Origin: a virus
Lineage: Duplodnaviria; Caudoviricetes
Reading direction: 5' to 3' (one strand)
Length of the DNA: 30,338 bases
Virus record (IMG/VR): IMGVR_UViG_3300009426_000024
Span: 1-30,338 of that record
Shown here: positions 8,140-14,152 of the stretch, piece after piece
Position numbering within the stretch: position 1 is the first letter of the stretch
Layout: every line of letters starts with the position of its first letter
Made by a program: the position numbers and the translations under genes
The notes under the pieces: model-generated
Told to the model about the DNA's origin: nothing
Database searches by the model: none
What the model saw: the letters and a program-made list of their open reading frames with translations, nothing else

Positions 8140-10740
8140 TTATAGTAAAGTAATCACCGGCAGTGCTGTTGCACCAAGTGCTGCTTTGGCGCCAAATATC
8201 GCCGCGGCACTCTGCGTTACTCCGGAAGTAATAGACTGGATCTCGCCAGTATTAGCCGGCGATGGTACTCCGGCTGCGTCCGTTAATGCGCCGCCCGCTG
8301 CTAAGGCAGGTGCCCCAACTGTAGCTAGAGAATATGCAGTGCCGGCGGTTGGACTTGTAATTAATGCACCTGCTGATAAGGATGAACCATCTTTATTAAA
8401 ATGCATGAGAAGTCCGTTTACCCCGTTGTTGTCATCGTGTAGATATGCGATCGCAACAGCGTCAGTTCCAATTGAAATTCTAGGGCCCCTGTGCGAATAT
8501 GTTTGATGATCATAATCAATACGGATTGAACCAGTTCCAAGTGGTGACAAAGTATATTCATGATAATATTGTATACTGAAGCTTAAATCCATTACCATCA
8601 AATATGGGGTAGTTGCTTGCAGTCCGCCGCTAGCATTGATACTACCAAATACATATACCAAATCAGTTGCTGGGTCTATCTTTACGTCATAAATTCTACT
8701 ATGGAAGGGTGTGACGGCAGTACCTACTGTTCTATTTTCAATCTCCGCGCCGGTGCTAGCGTTAAGTTTCACAAGCATTGATTGGCGATCGTCGAGGACT
8801 GAGAAGGAATAACCGTGTATTAACGTGGACCCATCTGCTGAGATACCTAAGCCGGCAACTTCCGCAGCGCCTAAGAGCTCCGGATTAGCTGCTGAATGAT
8901 AGTAATTTTCCCAAATTGGTGCGCCACTTGCGCCATTTAACTTAACTGTTACAACATTATCTCTTTGAATCAATAGCCATTGCGCATAAACATTTCCTGC
9001 GCCGTCGGTTATCATATCGCCCTTCATTACATATTCGCCGCTAGCATCGTCTGTGTTACGCCATGCCTGTTCCCATATTAAACTTCCAGCAGCATTGTAT
9101 TTTGCTATATACGTGTTTGTTGCGCTTTGCTGCATAGAAACATCTAGTCGACCAGCAAACATTACAAATGCAGCGCCGTTTATGTCAACTGCTAAACTAC
9201 CAAAGAAGTAAAACTCACCACTAGGATCTGCAAATGTTCTTTGCCATAATATGTCACCTGCGGAATCGAATTTTATCAGTGTCATTGTGTATGCTCCAAA
9301 GACGCCCGAGCCACCTGGGGTGGCTGCGCCCGGATCACTTACACATACAAATACATTTCCACTAGGATCTGTCTTAATATCAGAGACTCTAAGACCTTCA
9401 AAGCCGGCAAACGATCCAGCGCCCGAACCTGCTGCGCCGCTTACATTAGGATAACTGTAACGCCATGTTATAGTACCATCTGCTGCATATTTTGTCAACG
9501 ATATATCATCGAGACCAGTTAGTGTTGAGTTTGCAGCAACATAAACATTTCCTGATGAGTCCATTGCTGTCATGTCAGCAACCATATCACCAACGTAACC
9601 AGGTTGTTCTACAATAGACATAAAGTCTGTTACTGCTGAAGGCGCGGCAGGTGCATCATAGCCGATACCGCTTACAACGCCGCCGGTTGTGTATGCAGTG
9701 TAACCAGTTGAGTCAATGCCAGTGAGTTGGAAGTCTGTTCCATCAACAATGCTACAAGTGTAGTCGCCGTCGGTAATTTCAACCATACCGCTCACACCAG
9801 TAATAGTAATCGTTTCACCTTCAATCATGTCAGCAGTTGAGCCAATAGTAACAACTGCCGGGTTAGCTTGTGTAATTGCGCTAATTGATTGCGTAGGAAT
9901 AACTTTATATACCTCGCCGGAGAAGAAGGTTCTTTCGCTGCCCTCTTGTGGATAGCCGCCCGCCGATCCGCTAAAAGCTTCCAGCCGGTATTTTTCGCCG
10001 GTTGCGAGTGCAACAGGACCAGTCGAAGCAGTAACAGCTTCACCACCATTAGCGAGCTTAGTGAACAGGACCTCAGGATATGTGCTGCCACCATCTGTTG
10101 ATTTTGTGACATATATTGCTATATCGTCAGCGACACCAGCAGTTGAAGAAATTCCACCTGTAAAAATCCCGTGCCCACCATTTAATGGAACAGGCACCTT
10201 ATAAGCGCCACCAGTTAAATTAACGCCTGTATCGAATACTGTTGTATCTATTGCAACTGGAGTTCGAATTGATTCAGGGATAGCTTGTCCGCTTGAAGCG
10301 TATGCGCGAAAGTATGACTGCGAGTCGATACCACCAATATTATGTATGCGACCTGAAAAAAACGAACGGGTGGAAAAATCCACAGACGATCCAGTGCCAG
10401 CGAACATAACTACCCTGTAAATATCGCTAGTGTTCATTAGACGAGCGCCAGTTTGCACTGCGCAAATAGAAGTTCCTTCGTAATCCTGTCGGGCTATTGT
10501 AGTCCATGCGCCGCCGCCGTTCGTTGAAACTTGAATTCCTAAGTACCCGTTTTCAGGCGTCTGTAAATCTAAGCCCGCGTAGAGCTCTCCGTATGTTCCG
10601 TTCCATCCAGCAGGAACAGTACAACGATTAGACGCAAAAACCGAATCAGTATCAAATAACTCTGTACCAAAATTTACTTCTGTTAAAGTCTGTATAGTCA
10701 CAGCCTGGGTTGTTGATGTTGTTGCTCTAAATTCTGTCAT
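8140..10740 (-). CDS. Multidomain virion adhesin (866 aa): C1q-like A+B, FCCH-like beta domain, beta-propeller
   Basis: Two N-terminal C1q-like repeats; ISAITQANPAVVT...GETITITGVSGM.EI...F.L.GIDSTGYTAYTTGG resembles the phage 'E1 FCCH-like' domain; repeated D.SGNVYV...L.KY...G...W blades of SBBP-like propeller type. Confidence 0.75.
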   Translation of the reverse strand: MTEFRATTSTTQAVTIQTLTEVNFGTELFDTDSVFASNRCTVPAGWNGTYGELYAGLDLQTPENGYLGIQVSTNGGGAWTTIARQDYEGTSICAVQTGARLMNTSDIYRVVMFAGTGSSVDFSTRSFFSGRIHNIGGIDSQSYFRAYASSGQAIPESIRTPVAIDTTVFDTGVNLTGGAYKVPVPLNGGHGIFTGGISSTAGVADDIAIYVTKSTDGGSTYPEVLFTKLANGGEAVTASTGPVALATGEKYRLEAFSGSAGGYPQEGSERTFFSGEVYKVIPTQSISAITQANPAVVTIGSTADMIEGETITITGVSGMVEITDGDYTCSIVDGTDFQLTGIDSTGYTAYTTGGVVSGIGYDAPAAPSAVTDFMSIVEQPGYVGDMVADMTAMDSSGNVYVAANSTLTGLDDISLTKYAADGTITWRYSYPNVSGAAGSGAGSFAGFEGLRVSDIKTDPSGNVFVCVSDPGAATPGGSGVFGAYTMTLIKFDSAGDILWQRTFADPSGEFYFFGSLAVDINGAAFVMFAGRLDVSMQQSATNTYIAKYNAAGSLIWEQAWRNTDDASGEYVMKGDMITDGAGNVYAQWLLIQRDNVVTVKLNGASGAPIWENYYHSAANPELLGAAEVAGLGISADGSTLIHGYSFSVLDDRQSMLVKLNASTGAEIENRTVGTAVTPFHSRIYDVKIDPATDLVYVFGSINASGGLQATTPYLMVMDLSFSIQYYHEYTLSPLGTGSIRIDYDHQTYSHRGPRISIGTDAVAIAYLHDDNNGVNGLLMHFNKDGSSLSAGALITSPTAGTAYSLATVGAPALAAGGALTDAAGVPSPANTGEIQSITSGVTQSAAAIFGAKAALGATALPVITLL

Positions 10741-10742
10741 GA
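10706..10742. repeat. Direct repeat copy 2 spanning C|A gene junction
   Basis: See 5526-5562; the two copies are 5180 bp apart. Confidence 0.9.
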
Positions 10743-12038
10743 TGTCCTTATATACCCGCTAAAAAAGGTTAAATCTGTGTTTTGTATTGTGGCACCCGCG
10801 CCGCCAGTATCGTCGTCTGAGTAGCTAATCCGGTAAATGTGACCAGTTGTGCACAGTATTGGACCGCTAGTCAGGTTTAAAAAGATATTGCTACTGTCTG
10901 CATTTGCTGCTACTTCTGTCCAACCAGTTCCGCCGTCTGTTGAACGCTCAAGATATATACGATGGAATTCGTTACTCGAAGTCTGACATCCAGCAGTGAA
11001 ATTAATATAACTACCATCAATTGCTACAGGCACTGTGAATCTGTTAGCAGCAAATGCGTTCAGTGTGTCAAATATCTCTGAGTCAAACACAATTTCCTGC
11101 GGGTTGGTACTAGGATTGAGAATTATTTGCGTTGATGCACTCTTAACTGCGCGGAACGCGGCATCAGTTCCAAGCGTTGGTGGTGCTGGTGCTACTATAG
11201 TATATGCCTCGCCAGAAAAGAAAGTTCTAGTAGCATTTGCTAGTGTAAATCCGCCTGAGTTGGTGTATACTTCTACCCTAAATTTGTCGCCTTCTGCTAG
11301 CAGCAAAGGTCCAGTTGACATAGTTACGCCTTCAGCAAATATGCCAGACTTTGTTGTTACAAGATCAGTATAGTTGCTGCCGCCGTCTGTTGAACGAGTG
11401 ATATATAGTGAAAGATTCTCACCGCTAAATCCGTCGTCGTTTGCTATGCCAGCTGAAAATAATCCGCTTCCGCCTGACAGGGCCGGTGGAACAGTATAAA
11501 CTCCCGACACAAGGTCTGCCCCAGTGTCAAACTCCTCTGTTGTAAGAGTTGTAATAGGTGTTAATGTTGTGTTTGCAATAACCTGGGTGCTTGCTGCCCG
11601 TGCGCGGAAGTGCTCTTGCGCCACAAGCGGTACTACTCCAAGCACACGACCTGAGAAATAGGTACGAGTATTGTTCTCTATTGTGACAGCGGACGTAGTG
11701 TATATAACCGTTCTGTAAATATCGTTTATGTTTAGAAAAACTGGACCTGTTTGAACACAAGCAACAGTTGCAGTATCGAAGCTAGACCGAACAACTGGTG
11801 TCCAACCAGTTCCGCCGTCTGTTGACACCTGTATCTCTATGTAACCATCTATGCTCGCGTTAAACCTGCATGCCGCGTAAAACTCTCCCATCAGCCCGTT
11901 CCAGGTGCCTGAGATTGTGCATCTGTTACTTGCGAAAACCAAATCAGTATCCATTATTTCTGTACCAAAATTTACTTCTGTTACAGTAGTAATGGATATG
12001 GCTTGTGTCGCGGCAGCAACACCTCGAAATTCTGTCAT
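10737..12038 (-). CDS. Triple C1q-like domain protein (A+B+C), 433 aa
   Basis: Three repeats ending YFSGRV, FFSGEA and FFSGYI, with a Pro-rich linker (APAPPT) between B and C. Contains a 27-nt exact internal repeat (10917-10943 = 11799-11825) encoding STDGGTGWT. Confidence 0.8.
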   Translation of the reverse strand: MTEFRGVAAATQAISITTVTEVNFGTEIMDTDLVFASNRCTISGTWNGLMGEFYAACRFNASIDGYIEIQVSTDGGTGWTPVVRSSFDTATVACVQTGPVFLNINDIYRTVIYTTSAVTIENNTRTYFSGRVLGVVPLVAQEHFRARAASTQVIANTTLTPITTLTTEEFDTGADLVSGVYTVPPALSGGSGLFSAGIANDDGFSGENLSLYITRSTDGGSNYTDLVTTKSGIFAEGVTMSTGPLLLAEGDKFRVEVYTNSGGFTLANATRTFFSGEAYTIVAPAPPTLGTDAAFRAVKSASTQIILNPSTNPQEIVFDSEIFDTLNAFAANRFTVPVAIDGSYINFTAGCQTSSNEFHRIYLERSTDGGTGWTEVAANADSSNIFLNLTSGPILCTTGHIYRISYSDDDTGGAGATIQNTDLTFFSGYIRTS

Positions 12039-12115
12039 ATTGTGTCCCGACTAACGAATATTTTTGTAATGTCGTCTATTATATTTATTAGGTGGTATTC
12101 TCTACATTGTGTCAT
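12035..12115 (-). other. 26-codon bridging mini-ORF / relic A-domain gene start
   Basis: MTQCREYHLINIIDDITKIFVSRDTI*, with ATGA overlaps at both ends; its first 16 nt ATGACACAATGTAGAG match the A-domain starts ATGACACAATTTAGAG (5560, 3611) at 15/16. Confidence 0.5.
12082..12089 (-). promoter_or_regulatory. Late-promoter-like AATAAATA
   Basis: 7/8 match to TATAAATA in the intergenic gap upstream of ATG 12038. Confidence 0.55.
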
Positions 12116-13317
12116 GAGTTACTTACATACCCACTAAAGAATGTTTGTGTAGTATTGTTAATAACGGCGTTGATGCCTGAAATAAGTTCATACCTAACCC
12201 TAAACACGTCGCCTGTATTAGCAAGCCACGGACCAGACGTTGCCACTATATATTGGCTAGTTTCTTCACCTGATGTAGCTATTTCAGTCCATGCTCCACC
12301 ACCGTTTGTTGATACTTCAATATAGATGTTGTGGCGTTCCCCACTTACTGTCTCAGCACTGGCTACAAAATTAATATAACTGCCATTGATTATCGCCGGA
12401 ATTGTGTACCTGTTAATGTCAAATCCACCAACAGTATCAAAGACCTCATTATCAAAAACAACTTCTTGATTATTGTCGCCCACTCGGACAACGGTTTGTG
12501 TAGTTGCACTCTTAGTAGCTCTAAAGGATGGAATTCCAGGAATGTCTAGTGCTGCAGGTTGCACAATGCCGCCAAGGTTCCAAGCAGAACCTGCTAGTAT
12601 TACTTCATCGATCCAACCGTTAAAGTGGGTGAAGTCCACGCCGTATGTTCCTATGTCTGTCTCAGTGCCTATTACAGCGCCAGCCCAGTTATTAGTGTAT
12701 GTGCCTACTACGTCAATCAGTTGTGCACCATCTAACCATAATCCAAAATCATTTCCGCTGCGCTGTAGGTATAAGTGATGCCAGCCAACGTCCTTGTGTG
12801 TATCGCCAGGTACAGTAGTGATGTAGTCAATTAAGGTTCCAGCTGTTCCATCTGTTGAGATTGTCCAAGCAATGCCGCCTGACCCTGTAAGAATTCGTAA
12901 TTGAAACGCACGGTTGTCGTTGGACGGGTTGTAACGGTTGAAAAGTGTCTCGTATGAAATGCCGCCTGCGCCGCGGCGATAATACCAAAGTGATATTGTA
13001 AAATCACCACTTATGTCCCAATAGGATGCGTTTGGGAATCTTAAATTTGCTGTTGTACCAGCATTAGAATCAATCTCGTAAGATGTAGGTCCAAATTTTG
13101 CCTGCGCGTTAGATAGTCTTGTGTCGTCTGGCTTTACAAACGATCCGACTGCCAAATTAGGGCTTTTCTCTGTGTATACTGTGGCGCCGTTTCCACCATC
13201 CATATCAGCATAAAAGACAGTATCAGCTGAAGAAAAATCTCTCCATAATGGCTCTGTTGCTGGCGGTATTATTATACCACCGCCAGACATAGCTATACGT
13301 TGTAAATAGACACCCAT
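12112..13317 (-). CDS. LamG/concanavalin-A-like lectin domain + C-terminal C1q-like domain (class C), 401 aa
   Basis: AKFGPTS...GDFTISLWYY...GWHHLYLQRSG..F.LWLDG...IG....FNGWIDEV is a canonical LamG-3 pattern; C-terminal FRATKS...TFFSGY. Confidence 0.85.
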   Translation of the reverse strand: MGVYLQRIAMSGGGIIIPPATEPLWRDFSSADTVFYADMDGGNGATVYTEKSPNLAVGSFVKPDDTRLSNAQAKFGPTSYEIDSNAGTTANLRFPNASYWDISGDFTISLWYYRRGAGGISYETLFNRYNPSNDNRAFQLRILTGSGGIAWTISTDGTAGTLIDYITTVPGDTHKDVGWHHLYLQRSGNDFGLWLDGAQLIDVVGTYTNNWAGAVIGTETDIGTYGVDFTHFNGWIDEVILAGSAWNLGGIVQPAALDIPGIPSFRATKSATTQTVVRVGDNNQEVVFDNEVFDTVGGFDINRYTIPAIINGSYINFVASAETVSGERHNIYIEVSTNGGGAWTEIATSGEETSQYIVATSGPWLANTGDVFRVRYELISGINAVINNTTQTFFSGYVSNS

Positions 13318-13348
13318 TATGCAATTGCTCCGATTCCGTGTTTATACA

Positions 13349-14116
13349 TTATATATTACTAATTGTGCCCATATCGCCACTGATTACCCACGCATCTGTT
13401 GCGCGTTTATACATTGAAACAACGTTATATTGCACGGAGAGAATGGCGCCCGCGCCCGTAGCGATTCCATTTAGTGTACCGCCGACCGGCGCCGTAATTA
13501 CTGCAGGGTTGGATGCGTCGATTAAGGTAAAGTTAATAACTGTGCCAATAGGAAATGGTACGGTTGCATTGAGTGGAATTGTTACTATTATGCCGCCGCC
13601 ACTTGTATCAATTTCTAAAATATCCGAAGCGTCGGTAAGAGCTAAAGTTCTGCTTGTTGAAATGGTTGTAATTGCAGGAATGGCAGCATCAACTGTTAAT
13701 GTGTTTGCACCATCGTCATATGCTAGTGTAATACCGTCGCCTGCAACTAGTAATCCGTTAACACGATCATCTACTCTCTCATCTGTATAATAAAGGTTAG
13801 TGCCTTCACTTAGATCAGTAGTTGACTTAGCAGTCAATGCCGTATCAAATCTGCCTTGTGTATAATAAAGGTTAGTGCCTTCAGCTAGGTCGGTTGTTGT
13901 ACTGTTAGACAAATCTGCAACCGGATTGCTTGCTGTTAAGTCAGCTAAGACACGATTAACGTTTTTAACAACATCGCCTAAGCGTGTTGTAACTGTGCCG
14001 TCAGCTTCACCGGCGTTTGGTGCATCAACTGCATCATTTACAATTTTACCGATTACTGTTGCATCTTCTTCTAGTTGTGCAACTGTAATTTCAAGTTGAT
14101 TTAGATCTACTGCCAT
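13349..14116 (-). CDS. Short tail fibre / adapter protein (255 aa)
   Basis: N-terminal GTVTTRLGDVVKNVNRVLADL domain, two TTDL(A/S)EGTNLYYT fibre repeats, C-terminal RTLALTD..VTIPLNATVPFPIGT..YKRATDAWVISGD domain; late box and AGGA upstream. Confidence 0.8.
   Translation of the reverse strand: MAVDLNQLEITVAQLEEDATVIGKIVNDAVDAPNAGEADGTVTTRLGDVVKNVNRVLADLTASNPVADLSNSTTTDLAEGTNLYYTQGRFDTALTAKSTTDLSEGTNLYYTDERVDDRVNGLLVAGDGITLAYDDGANTLTVDAAIPAITTISTSRTLALTDASDILEIDTSGGGIIVTIPLNATVPFPIGTVINFTLIDASNPAVITAPVGGTLNGIATGAGAILSVQYNVVSMYKRATDAWVISGDMGTISNI
13784..13883. repeat. Tandem coding repeat, 75-nt period
   Basis: TGTATAATAAAGGTTAGTGCCTTCA is identical at 13784-13808 and 13859-13883 (EGTNLYYT). 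Confidence 0.9.
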
Positions 14117-14139
14117 TTCTTGTTCCTATGGGTTTCAAG

Positions 14140-14147
14140 TATTTATG
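14140..14147 (-). promoter_or_regulatory. Late-promoter-like CATAAATA
   Basis: 7/8 match to TATAAATA in the gap upstream of ATG 14116. Confidence 0.65.
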
Positions 14148-14152
14148 GACCA

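Noticed and set aside
5557-10770. Programmed -1 frameshift fusing C to A-B at the ATGA junctions
   Set aside because: The T-rich FF codons are not a conserved slippery heptamer, and at the 10740 and 5560 junctions the -1 frame hits TAG immediately after them.
2766-13317. Diversity-generating retroelement acting on the repeated domains
   Set aside because: There is no reverse transcriptase or non-coding template repeat in the window, and differences between copies are not adenine-restricted and include indels.
13784-13883. CRISPR-like repeat-spacer-repeat
   Set aside because: Only two copies, in frame within a fibre gene and encoding the EGTNLYYT repeat; no cas genes.
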